39,185 nt of DNA from a virus (lineage: Duplodnaviria > Caudoviricetes), in IMG/VR virus record IMGVR_UViG_3300028587_000004, positions 1 to 39,185 of that record; one strand, given 5' to 3'. The notes under the pieces are model-generated. The model was not told the origin of the DNA. It made no database searches and saw only the letters and a list, made by a program, of their open reading frames with translations. Shown here piece after piece: positions 7,369 through 17,443 of this stretch. Each line of letters opens with the position of its first letter. Positions within the stretch are counted from its first letter, which is position 1. The position numbers and the translations under genes are program-made.

Positions 7369-7544
7369 TGGAATTGCAAAAGATTGCCTTGTGGAAAGGA
7401 AAACCAATAGACACCCTAAGCATCGAAGAATTAAGGGATGCTCTGGAACAAATGGCAAACATGTACTCTTCCTTACTTAAAGAAAGGTCGGGGATGTGGA
7501 AATATGTGGATTATTCATCCTATCTGATGAGGGATAAAGTATGA
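7368..7544 (+). CDS. hypothetical protein (58 aa)
   Basis: Hand translation MELQKIALWKGKPID...; TAATG coupling. Confidence 0.6.
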   Translation: MELQKIALWKGKPIDTLSIEELRDALEQMANMYSSLLKERSGMWKYVDYSSYLMRDKV

Positions 7545-7699
7545 AAGAACTAAACAACAAGCTAGACAAAGAACTAAACCTATTACTAAAAGCGGTCCAT
7601 GAATACCACTTCAAGCACCGAGAAGACGCAGACGAAGAATTAATCAAGCAAGTATTAGACTATGTAAGGCAAGCTAAACGAGTATTGGAGCCGGAATAA
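7541..7699 (+). CDS. hypothetical protein (52 aa)
   Basis: Hand translation MKELNNKLDKEL...; ATGA overlap. Confidence 0.6.
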   Translation: MKELNNKLDKELNLLLKAVHEYHFKHREDADEELIKQVLDYVRQAKRVLEPE

Positions 7700-7700
7700 C

Positions 7701-7973
7701 ATGCGCTGCAAAAAAGGAGACATGGCTCACATCATCAACGGAACTGACGGCTTGAACGTTGGTAAGGTTGTGGAGGTGGTAGCCTATCAAGGCGAGCATT
7801 CAAAGTATGGCCCAGTCTGGCGAGTCAAAAGCCACGGAGGTAATCTGATCACTGAATACGGTGGTGTAGGCATAACCTGTGATTGCCCGGACGAATGGCT
7901 GAAGCCCTTCCCACCTGAGCCGCTGGATAATGCAGGCTTTGGCATGGACGAACCTATCAAGGAAGCCGCATGA
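7701..7973 (+). CDS. hypothetical protein (SH3/KOW-like)
   Basis: MRCKKGDMAHII...NVGKVVEV...DEWLKP. Confidence 0.7.
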   Translation: MRCKKGDMAHIINGTDGLNVGKVVEVVAYQGEHSKYGPVWRVKSHGGNLITEYGGVGITCDCPDEWLKPFPPEPLDNAGFGMDEPIKEAA

Positions 7974-8131
7974 CTCCTAGCCAAGAAGACAAATACAGAG
8001 CAGAGACAAACAAATCCGCCCACTGTTACAACTGGAGAACTCAGACATGTAAGTGTTGTAGGAAGTCTAGGAGCCCAGCCCAGTTTCAAGGTAAATCTCT
8101 AATGTGCAATCAATGTAGAGGAATCAAGTAA
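7970..8131 (+). CDS. small putative Zn-finger protein
   Basis: Hand translation contains CKCC...CNQC. Confidence 0.5.
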   Translation: MTPSQEDKYRAETNKSAHCYNWRTQTCKCCRKSRSPAQFQGKSLMCNQCRGIK

Positions 8132-8277
8132 TGGTAAATCTTAACGTTCGCGTCCTGAGCAATGGCGCAATCTTCGTCCAATACCAAGAACAGGGTAAAT
8201 CTAAGGATGCAGCTTTCCTGACTTGGGCTGAATTCATCAAGTGGCTCACTGATCAAGTGACAGATCAAGCTGCTTGA
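8131..8277 (+). CDS. hypothetical protein (48 aa)
   Basis: Hand translation MVNLNVRVLSNGAIFVQY...; TAATG coupling. Confidence 0.55.
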   Translation: MVNLNVRVLSNGAIFVQYQEQGKSKDAAFLTWAEFIKWLTDQVTDQAA

Positions 8278-8301
8278 CAAACACCAACAATCCTTCATAA
8301 T
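8274..8301 (+). promoter_or_regulatory. sigma70-like promoter upstream of the packaging region
   Basis: TTGACA-N16-CATAAT. Confidence 0.6.
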
Positions 8302-8321
8302 CAAGGAATAGGAGTAAGAAA

Positions 8322-8525
8322 ATGGCGCTATATCAGAAGCGATACGATCTAGTGATGTGCGGTGACTACGCTGTGGTAATCGACCCAGTGACTAACGCCG
8401 CTTCTCCTATTGCGCTTGATAGCCTGCAAGAGTTTGGTAAGGACTCAATTGAAGACGCAATGCAAGACCTAAAGAACGCTGCAGACCATCAACAATACCT
8501 TAGAGGGAAGCGCTGGCATGGATGA
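8322..8525 (+). CDS. hypothetical protein
   Basis: 67 aa with an AGGAG RBS. Confidence 0.7.
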   Translation: MALYQKRYDLVMCGDYAVVIDPVTNAASPIALDSLQEFGKDSIEDAMQDLKNAADHQQYLRGKRWHG

Positions 8526-8709
8526 GCTATCAGACGCAGGCAAGAGGGCTAATCTGGAGTATTACCGTAACAGATACCTAAAGGCTGTCCAACAAGCTTC
8601 CATGCTTGAAAGTGAGATGGTAAGAGCTGAGTTACAACTAGTACCGCCTGATGAGCATGGGGATAGGATTGTGATGTACCCATATGGGCGTGGGCTCAAG
8701 CGAAACTGA
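8518..8709 (+). CDS. hypothetical protein
   Basis: 63 aa, overlapping the previous gene. Confidence 0.6.
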   Translation: MDELSDAGKRANLEYYRNRYLKAVQQASMLESEMVRAELQLVPPDEHGDRIVMYPYGRGLKRN

Positions 8710-8717
8710 GTTGCATA

Positions 8718-8963
8718 ATGACTAAAGACCAATTCATAGACAGAATGATGGGTTGCATGGTATTCGGCTTAGACGAGAAGCAAGCTGATGCCTTAATCGC
8801 TCAAGGTAAGGACACATGCGATTACTTTGAGAAGGCAGTATTAGCTGCTGAATACGAACTATTCAAAAGCTGCCCAGTCGAAGTAACGATAGACCAATGG
8901 GCCTATAATCACCCTAAGGTCGTGAAAGAACTTTACTTTGCAACTGAGTTGCATAATGAATAA
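8718..8963 (+). CDS. hypothetical protein
   Basis: 81-aa ORF. Confidence 0.65.
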   Translation: MTKDQFIDRMMGCMVFGLDEKQADALIAQGKDTCDYFEKAVLAAEYELFKSCPVEVTIDQWAYNHPKVVKELYFATELHNE

Positions 8964-9123
8964 TATGCCAACATTTGATGAGTGGTTCCTAGACAAGTAC
9001 GAACAGTCATTTGATGACAAGTACATGCAGGAAGGTATGTGGATACATGAGGCTATGAAGGCCCATCTAGACCACGGCAGAGAGTATCTGAGTTACATTG
9101 CAACACAATTGCAAAACAAATAA
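8956..9123 (+). CDS. hypothetical protein
   Basis: MNNMPTFDEWF... Confidence 0.6.
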   Translation: MNNMPTFDEWFLDKYEQSFDDKYMQEGMWIHEAMKAHLDHGREYLSYIATQLQNK

Positions 9124-9138
9124 ATAGGACTGCTAACA

Positions 9139-9411
9139 ATGGCTTGGAAACCCGGTGAGTCAGGTAATCCAGAAGGAAGGGCATTAAACAAGCCTTTCTT
9201 GGATGCTGTCAGCCGTGCTATTGCTCAGGATGATGGTAAGAGACTACGCAAGGCAGCAGAACAATTACTAGATGCTGCTGATGCAGGAGAGCCTTGGGCA
9301 CTACAGATGCTTGCAGACCGCCTAGACGGTAAGCCTAAGCAACAGGTAGAGGCTAGCGGCGCAGATGGTGGCCCATTAGTGGTTGAGATAGTCCGCTTTG
9401 GCAAGGATTAG
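9139..9411 (+). CDS. terS: terminase small subunit (DUF5681-type N-terminus)
   Basis: WKPGESGNPEGR N-terminus, DRLDGKPKQ, GADGGPL; directly upstream of terL. Confidence 0.8.
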   Translation: MAWKPGESGNPEGRALNKPFLDAVSRAIAQDDGKRLRKAAEQLLDAADAGEPWALQMLADRLDGKPKQQVEASGADGGPLVVEIVRFGKD

Positions 9412-10816
9412 CCTCCCCAATAAATGGAAACCGCGTGGCTACCAAATGGCCGCATGGGAGTATCTGGAGAACGGGGGTAAGCATGCTGAACTGGTATGGC
9501 ATAGACGCTCGGGTAAGGATGAGCTAGGCCTACATAGAACGGCAGTGGCTTCCTTTGAGCGTGTGGCTGGTTATTGGTACATGCTTCCAAAGTACAACCA
9601 AGCCCGTAAAGCCATCTGGGATGCTATCAACCCACATACAGGGAAGAAGCGTATAGATGAGGCTTTCCCTCATGAGCTGAGGAAGGCTGTCAATAATCAG
9701 GAAATGAAGATCACGTTCCAGAATGATTCTGTGTTTCAGGTCGTTGGATCGGATAACCCTGATAGCCTAGTTGGCTCTCCTCCCGCTGGTATTGTCTATT
9801 CAGAGTGGGCATTGTCAAACCCTGATGTACGGGCTTATCTCCGTCCCATCATCATGGAGAACAACGGCTGGCAGATATTCAACACCACGCCACGGGGCAG
9901 AAATCATGCCCTGAGAACCCTGACAGCAGCACAGAAAGACCCTAAGGCGTTTGCCCAAATCTTAGACGCCACGCAGACAGGGATATTCACCCCGCAACAG
10001 TTGGCAGATGAACTGCAGAACTACATAGACGACTTTGGGGATGATTATGGGCGTTCAAAGTATGAACAGGAGTATCTGTGCAGCTTTGATGCCGCAAATA
10101 TCGGGGCCATCCTTGCTCGCTCTATCATGGAGGCTGAGCGGTCTGGACGGGTAGGGGCTCATGTTGAGTATGATCCTGAAGGCGCACCTTTAATCATTAG
10201 CTCGGACATTGGACGCCGGGATACATCCACTTGGTGGTTTTGGCAGCCTTGTTTCGGCGGTTATAACATCGTTGATTATGATGGGGGCTTTGGTCTGGAT
10301 GCTGATCAATGGGCAGAGCGCCTGAATGAGAAGATCAGCCAGTACAAGAACAACAAAGGTGAATCAGCCCTTGGGAAGATATGGCTCCCGCATGATGCTA
10401 GGGCTAAGACGTTTGCCGCAAAGCACAGTGCTGTTGAGATATTCGGGCATTATTTCGGCTGGGATAAGGTTGACATAACCCCTGATAGCAAGAAACCTGA
10501 TCGGGTAAATGCGGCCAGAACAGTAATTAAGCGTGTTGCGTTCTCTGACAAGTGCGAGAAGGGCTTGGATGGTCTTAGGTCATGGGCCTACAAATGGGAC
10601 GATGAACGCAAAATGTTCAGTTCTGATCCAGAGCATGATTGGGCATCCCATGATGGGGATGGATTCAGTTATGGCGCAATAATCATGAAGGAACGCAAAC
10701 AAGAACCACAAGAACCCGTTGCACAATTCCCAATAAAGGGCCATAATGGTCGAATAATCACAGCACCTTTGGACGAGTTATGGGCTGATACGCCCAAACG
10801 CCAAGCGAGGTACTAA
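9398..10816 (+). CDS. terL: terminase large subunit
   Basis: PRGYQ, Walker A HRRSGKD, Walker B IVYSEW, TTPRGRN, nuclease DIG and WASHDGD motifs. Confidence 0.95.
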   Translation: MARISLPNKWKPRGYQMAAWEYLENGGKHAELVWHRRSGKDELGLHRTAVASFERVAGYWYMLPKYNQARKAIWDAINPHTGKKRIDEAFPHELRKAVNNQEMKITFQNDSVFQVVGSDNPDSLVGSPPAGIVYSEWALSNPDVRAYLRPIIMENNGWQIFNTTPRGRNHALRTLTAAQKDPKAFAQILDATQTGIFTPQQLADELQNYIDDFGDDYGRSKYEQEYLCSFDAANIGAILARSIMEAERSGRVGAHVEYDPEGAPLIISSDIGRRDTSTWWFWQPCFGGYNIVDYDGGFGLDADQWAERLNEKISQYKNNKGESALGKIWLPHDARAKTFAAKHSAVEIFGHYFGWDKVDITPDSKKPDRVNAARTVIKRVAFSDKCEKGLDGLRSWAYKWDDERKMFSSDPEHDWASHDGDGFSYGAIIMKERKQEPQEPVAQFPIKGHNGRIITAPLDELWADTPKRQARY

Positions 10817-10817
10817 A

Positions 10818-11162
10818 ATGGCAACCTTTATTGTTGTTGGCTCCTCAGTTCCCCTTAATACCGCTGCTGTGGTAGCCACTGATACCTATCGTGGTGGCGT
10901 TCTCGTCAATAGCACTGCTACCCAGAACAAAGCCGCTACCGCTGGCGGGGATGAATTCTCCAACGGTCTATTCCGTGATGACACTGGCCCGGTTATCTAT
11001 GTTGATGCCACTGCAGGCCTGCCAGCGAATACCCAATGGACTAACGGCCTACCGCTAAGCTCAGGGGGTGCCCTGTGTGTATCTACTAATGCTGCCGCCA
11101 CTTACTCCAACGGAATCCCATTTGCTGCTAATGGTGCCGTGGCAGTAACTATTACCCCATAG
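10818..11162 (+). CDS. small virion-associated protein with internal repeats
   Basis: Three NG(L/I)x-type repeats; Ala/Thr/Gly-rich. Confidence 0.65.
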   Translation: MATFIVVGSSVPLNTAAVVATDTYRGGVLVNSTATQNKAATAGGDEFSNGLFRDDTGPVIYVDATAGLPANTQWTNGLPLSSGGALCVSTNAAATYSNGIPFAANGAVAVTITP

Positions 11163-11169
11163 GTGCCAT

Positions 11170-13401
11170 ATGGCAGAAGTCAAAGCAGATAAACCAAAGA
11201 CAGACCAAGCCCGTAAATGGCTCTCTGAACTCAAGCTCTCCAAGAAAGAGGATGAGAAGTGGTCGGAACGGGCTAAGAAGATCGTCCGTCGCTACCGTGA
11301 TGAGCGTACTGGCTGGGCAGACAACACCAAGCGTTACAACATTCTGTGGTCGAACATTCAGACCATGCTCCCGGCCCTATACGGTAAAACTCCAAGGGCT
11401 GATGTTCAACGTCGATTCAAAGACCAAGACCCCATTGGACGGACTGCAGCCCAAATCCTTGAGCGCGCCCTACAGTATGAGATTGACCACTATGGAGACT
11501 TTGATGCCTCCATAAAGAACGCTGTCCTAGATCGCTTATTGCCGGGTCGTGGCGTGGTCTGGGTACGATTCGAGACTAAGGAACGGGACGAGGCTTATGC
11601 TGATCCTGAAGTTCTAGAAGAAGGTAACGAGGAAGTCACCGACTCCCAGCCTGAAGTCCCTAACTCTCAATACGAATGTACTCCCGTTGATTATGTATTC
11701 TGGGAGGATTTCCGCTGTTCGCCTGCCCGTACATGGGATGAAGTAACGTGGGTTGCCCGTCGTGTCTATATGACACAAAAGGACGGTATTGAGCGATTCG
11801 GGGAGGATTTCAAGGATGTACCCCTTACCCATGAACCTATCGGTCTGGATGAGCTAAAGAACCAACAGATTGAAGTCTCCGATATGGGAGACATGAAGAA
11901 GGCCCAAGTCTGGGAAATTTGGGTCAAGCCTACCAAGACTGTTTTCTGGGTGGCTGAAGGTTGCCAAAATACCCTAGACGAGAAGGAAGACCCCTACGGC
12001 CTAGATTCGTTCTGGCCTATCCCTCGCCCCCTGTATGCAACTCAGACTACGGATACCCTAGTCCCCGTCCCTGACTTCGCCCAGTATCAGGATCAGGCGC
12101 AAGAGCTAGACAACCTAACTAACCGTATTGCTATGTTGGTCGAGGCGGTCAAGGTTGTTGGTGTGTATGACGCATCCCAAAAGGGTGTTGAGCGCATGTT
12201 GTCTGAGGGTGTGAATAACACGCTAATCCCTGTAGATAATTGGGCTGCGTTCTCTGAAAAGGGTGGGATTAAGGGGGTGGTTGATTTCCTCCCGCTTGAG
12301 ATGGTGCTGACTGCTCTCAATGAGTGCTATGCCTCCAGAGAACAAGCCAAACAGGTAATTTATGAGATAACCGGGCTATCGGACATTATCCGGGGCGCTT
12401 CGGTTGCCTCTGAAACTGCGACTGCCCAACAGATCAAGAGTCAGTATGCCTCTCTCCGTCTGAAGCGACTGCAGACCGATGTGGCCCAGTTCGCCTCTGA
12501 AGTCCTGCGAATCAAAGCCCAGATGATGGCTGATCTGTACTCCCCACAAAACCTGATTGAAATGTCAGGGATCATGGGGACTCAGGACGCACAGTTTGCA
12601 GAACAAGCCATTCAACTATTAAAGCAAGAGCCCTCCCGTTCATTCCGTATTGAAGTAGCGAGTGATTCCCTTGTTGAGATGGATGAACAGACAGAGAAGG
12701 AATCCCGCATGGAGTTCCTTAACGCTGCAGGTGGATTCCTACAACAAGCATTGCCAGCAGCCCAACAAGCCCCGGAACTGATGCCACTCCTTGCTGAAAT
12801 GCTCCTCTATGGTGTTAGGGCTTTCAAGGGTGGCCGTCAGATGGAAGCTGCGTTTGATACCGCAATGGCCCAGATGACCGCACCGAAGGAGCCACAACAG
12901 CCACCGCCTGATCCTGAACAGATCAAAATGGAAGGCCAAATGCAGATTGAACAAGGCCGTATGCAATTGGAACAGGCCAAGCTCCAAGGCGCTGCCCAAC
13001 TTGAACAGTTGAAGATTCAGAACCAACAACAAGTAGAAGCTGCTCGTATGCAGCATGAGCAACAAATGGAACTCATGCGCCAACAAGCTGAAACTGAACG
13101 CGCTACCTATAAAGCCAATCTGGACGCCCAAACGAAGCTAGAGATTGCCCAGATTCAAGCCGACTCAAAGGCCGAAACCTCTGTTGTAGTAGATGGCAAA
13201 GGGGAACTGACCGCAAAGGGCGATGAACTCGCTCAAGCAGGGCAGGAGATGCGCGCCGTAGCCGAACAATCCACCCAAGCAATTGCCGAGGCCATGAGTT
13301 CTCTTGCAGACGCAGTAACACAAATGAACAAACCTAAGCGCCGTGTCCTAGAGATGGGACCGGATGGCCGTGCAATTGGTGCAATCGAGGTAATCGAATA
13401 A
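11170..13401 (+). CDS. portal protein (P22-like, long C-terminal coiled coil)
   Basis: 743 aa after terL; YEITGLSDIIRG, ETATAQ, Gln-rich helical barrel region. Confidence 0.9.
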   Translation: MAEVKADKPKTDQARKWLSELKLSKKEDEKWSERAKKIVRRYRDERTGWADNTKRYNILWSNIQTMLPALYGKTPRADVQRRFKDQDPIGRTAAQILERALQYEIDHYGDFDASIKNAVLDRLLPGRGVVWVRFETKERDEAYADPEVLEEGNEEVTDSQPEVPNSQYECTPVDYVFWEDFRCSPARTWDEVTWVARRVYMTQKDGIERFGEDFKDVPLTHEPIGLDELKNQQIEVSDMGDMKKAQVWEIWVKPTKTVFWVAEGCQNTLDEKEDPYGLDSFWPIPRPLYATQTTDTLVPVPDFAQYQDQAQELDNLTNRIAMLVEAVKVVGVYDASQKGVERMLSEGVNNTLIPVDNWAAFSEKGGIKGVVDFLPLEMVLTALNECYASREQAKQVIYEITGLSDIIRGASVASETATAQQIKSQYASLRLKRLQTDVAQFASEVLRIKAQMMADLYSPQNLIEMSGIMGTQDAQFAEQAIQLLKQEPSRSFRIEVASDSLVEMDEQTEKESRMEFLNAAGGFLQQALPAAQQAPELMPLLAEMLLYGVRAFKGGRQMEAAFDTAMAQMTAPKEPQQPPPDPEQIKMEGQMQIEQGRMQLEQAKLQGAAQLEQLKIQNQQQVEAARMQHEQQMELMRQQAETERATYKANLDAQTKLEIAQIQADSKAETSVVVDGKGELTAKGDELAQAGQEMRAVAEQSTQAIAEAMSSLADAVTQMNKPKRRVLEMGPDGRAIGAIEVIE

Positions 13402-15050
13402 TGGCTATTGAACCGTTCGTTGCCAATCCGGGGGCAGGTGGTGATTCATTTGCCGCAGATGATGTTGCTGGCGTTAAGTTTCCTCTATCCAAGATAGATA
13501 TTGGTGCAGACGGTGTATCTAGCCCAGTCAATGCAGGCAACCCTATGCCTGTTACAGGCACGGTGGATACGGGTCTTGTCCAAGGTTTGACAGATGCAGA
13601 GCTTCGTGCATCTTCCGTTCCTGTGCTAGATCAATCTGTATTAGACATTATTAATGATCTGTACAACATTACGGCCCCTGCACGCATTGGAATGCCTACG
13701 CAGGATGGTATGTATGTGCCAATCCTTCCGGTTCCTGCGTTCTCCTATCGTTGTGGATTTGATCGCGCTTATGCAAATAACGTTGATCCTGACTTCCTTA
13801 CACTAGTAAGGACGGGTACTGGTCAGACGATCAATCAAACGGGTGGGAATCTGGTTATCACGGCTGGCACCACAGCCAATGCTGAAACGATTGCGCGCTC
13901 TGTAAATCCATTCAGTGGAAATCTAATCTGGCGCTGGAATACCACGCTTTCCCAACGTATTGCACAAAACAACTTCTTCGTTGAATTAGTCGATGTTATT
14001 GGCGATAACCTCGCATATACGATCAACTCATCCACTAGCGTTACAGTGGTTATTCCGGGTACGACTTGGACTTCTGCAAACGTAGGTCAGTCCGTCTATC
14101 TAGGGAACATTACTGGCGCGGCTGGGCTTCCAAATCGCTATGCTATCGCTTCGGTATCGGGTACGTCTGTCACCTTTACGGTGGCTAGCTGGCCGGCTAC
14201 TGGTTCGGGGACTCTCTCCCTATTCGGATGGAACTACCACCAGATCACATATCAGGGAACGACAGCCACTTCTGCAGACTTCGATTGCCAGCGCAGGGGT
14301 TATGCCAGTGGCGTCACGGCGGCAACGATCAATACGACTGCTTCAGGTCATGTAGGGACTATCTCTGTTTCTGACGGTGAGGCAGCGTTTGCTGACCAAA
14401 CAGGCGCGTCTGCTACTGGCATTGAAATTACCCGTCGGGCTTCGCGTGTTCGCAATGTCCCGCTGAACGAGACTGAGCTATACCTTCAGATTCGCTGCCG
14501 TAACGGTACGACCAACCCGGCGAGTGGAACGACTTGGACGATTGGTTTCGTTGATATTGGGAACTGCTCGACTCTTCCAGTAACGATTCAGAACGTGTCC
14601 ATGATGAGTGCCAATTCTGGCCTTCCTTGCACGCTTGAATCGTCTATTACTCAGAATGTCTCATTGACCACTGCATTACCGGGCGGATCAAACAATATTG
14701 GGATGGTGAGTGCTGCTGCCACCGCTAGTGCGGCGGGGGCTACTCCGATAGCGACAACGGTTGCTGCGTCAAATGTTGTCTTAAAGGCATCAGCAGGAAA
14801 CCTTTACAGTGTCAATATTTGTACGGGTGCTGTGTCTGGCTATCTAATGTTATTCAACGCTACTAGCGCCCCTGCAGACGGAACAGTAACGCCGACAAAG
14901 GTTCTTCCTGTCGCCGCTAATGCCGGGATTATCTTGGACTTCGCAACTCCTTTGAGATTTACCACTGGCTGTACGGCTGTGTTTTCGACTACCGGACCAT
15001 TCACGAAGACCGCCAGTGCAACCGCTTTCATTAGTGGTGAGTGCATATGA
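13401..15050 (+). CDS. putative virion fibre/decoration protein
   Basis: 549 aa, Thr/Gly/Ala-rich beta composition; NPMPVTG and GLTDAELRA motifs. Confidence 0.6.
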   Translation: MAIEPFVANPGAGGDSFAADDVAGVKFPLSKIDIGADGVSSPVNAGNPMPVTGTVDTGLVQGLTDAELRASSVPVLDQSVLDIINDLYNITAPARIGMPTQDGMYVPILPVPAFSYRCGFDRAYANNVDPDFLTLVRTGTGQTINQTGGNLVITAGTTANAETIARSVNPFSGNLIWRWNTTLSQRIAQNNFFVELVDVIGDNLAYTINSSTSVTVVIPGTTWTSANVGQSVYLGNITGAAGLPNRYAIASVSGTSVTFTVASWPATGSGTLSLFGWNYHQITYQGTTATSADFDCQRRGYASGVTAATINTTASGHVGTISVSDGEAAFADQTGASATGIEITRRASRVRNVPLNETELYLQIRCRNGTTNPASGTTWTIGFVDIGNCSTLPVTIQNVSMMSANSGLPCTLESSITQNVSLTTALPGGSNNIGMVSAAATASAAGATPIATTVAASNVVLKASAGNLYSVNICTGAVSGYLMLFNATSAPADGTVTPTKVLPVAANAGIILDFATPLRFTTGCTAVFSTTGPFTKTASATAFISGECI

Positions 15051-15382
15051 GCGGGGTTTTCTCAACCCTTTACCAAGGTATGGCGGTTCAGACTGCCAGC
15101 CCTGCTTCTGGGGCTACAGTGGTTGCTACGCCTGACTCCACTGATCGCCTATTGATTCTTACACCAGCCGCAACCTTGGCAACCCTAACATTAACTGCGC
15201 CTGCTGATGCCACATCTAGGCTAGGTCAGTTGTGGTGCTTTACATCAAATAGAGACATTACGTCATTAACGATTAATGGTGGAACGATCAACAACACCAT
15301 CACAAGTATGTTGGCTAATGACTCTAAAACCTATCAGAAAACAGGAGCAAACACATGGACACAAGTATCCTCAAACGTCTAA
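15047..15382 (+). CDS. putative virion protein
   Basis: LTPAATLATLTLTAP fibre-tip-like motif; ATGA overlap. Confidence 0.6.
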   Translation: MSGVFSTLYQGMAVQTASPASGATVVATPDSTDRLLILTPAATLATLTLTAPADATSRLGQLWCFTSNRDITSLTINGGTINNTITSMLANDSKTYQKTGANTWTQVSSNV

Positions 15383-16149
15383 TCACAGGCCTAAGCCTTG
15401 TTTCAACTCTGGCTTATGCTGGCCCTGACGACATTCTGCTGACTCAGCGCAATAGTCTTGATACCGGCAACATCCAGCGGGTTACGGCTCATCCTACGGG
15501 TGGCCCCGGTCTGCTGCGTTACAACCTCGCTACCCTTCTGCCTGACTGGGTAGAACTGTCTTCTCCCCTTCAATTTAACGGTGCCACTCTTGAGATTGTG
15601 TGGCCTAACGCAGACTGGAACTCGGTGAGCGGGAACTCACAGATTCTCAACAAGCCTACGTTTGCTACCATCGCATTCACTGGCCTTGCTGCTGACATTA
15701 CTAACTCGACTTCAGTAGGTCGTGCTGTCCTGACCGCCGCTACTCAGGCAGATGCCCGTACTGCTATCGGCGTGGTAAATCCGGTTGCACGCAGCTTCAA
15801 CTACACGACTCGCTCCCTGAATACCTGTTTTCAAGTCTCCAGCACTCGGGATGCATTCGTTAGTTATGCAGTGGATATTGGTACTAGCTTGAGTCTATTA
15901 GCCGGTCAGCAAGGCACTGTTTATATGCGTACCTACACGAATTCCAGTTGCACTACTGGCACTCAAGAGGTAACTCGGTTCGTCAATGGACAGACGGGTA
16001 CTTTGACTATCGGCCTAGCCCTACAGCAGAACGTTACCGGAACGCTTGCGGGGATTATCCCTGCCGGCCTGTGGGTTCAATTGGTCACTGAAAACAACAC
16101 CGGAACTCCTACTTTCACCGCTCGTCCGGGACAAGAAACGCTCCTTTAA
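15355..16149 (+). CDS. putative fibre protein
   Basis: NADWN...ILNKP and VGRAVLTAATQADARTAIG tail-fibre-type motifs. Confidence 0.6.
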   Translation: MDTSILKRLITGLSLVSTLAYAGPDDILLTQRNSLDTGNIQRVTAHPTGGPGLLRYNLATLLPDWVELSSPLQFNGATLEIVWPNADWNSVSGNSQILNKPTFATIAFTGLAADITNSTSVGRAVLTAATQADARTAIGVVNPVARSFNYTTRSLNTCFQVSSTRDAFVSYAVDIGTSLSLLAGQQGTVYMRTYTNSSCTTGTQEVTRFVNGQTGTLTIGLALQQNVTGTLAGIIPAGLWVQLVTENNTGTPTFTARPGQETLL

Positions 16150-16508
16150 TGTGGATTCATCTTCTAACTATCGGGTTAATTGATGGTGCAGGCGGGAATC
16201 CAGTACCACCTGAACCAACGGATACCCATGACGGTTTCTGGCGACGGAAATACCGTGAGATGTTTGAGTGGGACAAGAAGAAGCCCACGTTAGAAGAGGT
16301 TATCGAGCTAGTACAGGAAGAACCACAACAAGCAATCGCTGTAGTTAAGGAAGAGATTAAAGAGAGTCACCCAGAGATAGACCTTAAACAGACCTACCTC
16401 GGGATTGAGGTTCAAAGAGTCATTGCACGACTGATTATGAGGAAGCTTGAGCTTAAAAGGGCTCAGGAAATTGAAGACCACAACATTAGAGTTTTACTGC
16501 TTACATAA
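16149..16508 (+). CDS. hypothetical protein
   Basis: 119 aa; TAATG coupling. Confidence 0.75.
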   Translation: MWIHLLTIGLIDGAGGNPVPPEPTDTHDGFWRRKYREMFEWDKKKPTLEEVIELVQEEPQQAIAVVKEEIKESHPEIDLKQTYLGIEVQRVIARLIMRKLELKRAQEIEDHNIRVLLLT

Positions 16509-17086
16509 TGTCCTACACGAACTTACTCAATGTCACTTCTAATCTTGGATGCGGATTTGATCGCGTCCGGGTTGATGTTGGACAAACCGGCTTCTTTGAG
16601 GGCCGGGAGTTCCGTTCGTACTTTGAATTCTCGGATGAGCAAAACACAGAACTAGCCGTGGCCGGTACGAGGAACTTCAAGTTCTCTTGCCCGGTAGATT
16701 TCATCCTTCAATCTCAGATTGTTGAAGTGGATAAAGGTGGGGTACGGATTCAGGTATTTACCGGATCAACTGATGGTGGTGGTTGGTCGTCTATCCCTGT
16801 AATTGCCAAGAACAGATCAACGAGTAGGCGTGTGTTCCCTAGTGGTAACTACTACACCGCGCAAGCCACGTTCTACACAGGCGGGACATTTACCAATGGA
16901 ACCCAAGTAGATGTAATCCGCGCCAGAACTGCATCACAAACCGTAGCTGCAGCAAATATTGGGGCGTCTCAAGACGATGTTAGATATCTACCTGCCGGAG
17001 ACTACTACCTGACCATGCAGCCGCTTATCGGGGTCAATGACCCATCAGAAGGCATCTATTCGATTTCATGGGAGGAAAGGCCGTAA
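16508..17086 (+). CDS. hypothetical beta-rich virion protein
   Basis: RVDVGQTGFFEGREFR motif; TAATG coupling. Confidence 0.7.
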   Translation: MSYTNLLNVTSNLGCGFDRVRVDVGQTGFFEGREFRSYFEFSDEQNTELAVAGTRNFKFSCPVDFILQSQIVEVDKGGVRIQVFTGSTDGGGWSSIPVIAKNRSTSRRVFPSGNYYTAQATFYTGGTFTNGTQVDVIRARTASQTVAAANIGASQDDVRYLPAGDYYLTMQPLIGVNDPSEGIYSISWEERP

Positions 17087-17427
17087 TGCCTATCTACGCG
17101 CTCAAATGCGATGAATGCGGGTCTGAACAAGACATTTACCGATCCATAGCTAGGATTGATGAAGACTTGCCTGTGTGTTGTGAAAAAACCATGCACAGAG
17201 TATTAACAGCCCCATTCGTACAGACAGACATTCAACCGTATAAATCTATGGTTGATGGCTCAATGATTACCTCAAAATCTCAGCATCGTGCCCATTTGAA
17301 ACAACACGGTATGGTTGAGATTGGTAATGAAGTAAAGGCTCACATGAAGAAAGAAGTCCCCAAGGTCGATAAGGAAGGGATACGCAGAGCCATATCCGAT
17401 TCCATCGACAAACTCCGTTCCCACTGA
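17086..17427 (+). CDS. FmdB-family zinc-ribbon protein
   Basis: MPIYALKCDECG...PVCC; typical position before the scaffold gene. Confidence 0.75.
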   Translation: MPIYALKCDECGSEQDIYRSIARIDEDLPVCCEKTMHRVLTAPFVQTDIQPYKSMVDGSMITSKSQHRAHLKQHGMVEIGNEVKAHMKKEVPKVDKEGIRRAISDSIDKLRSH

Positions 17428-17443
17428 CTAAAGGAAAACCCTA

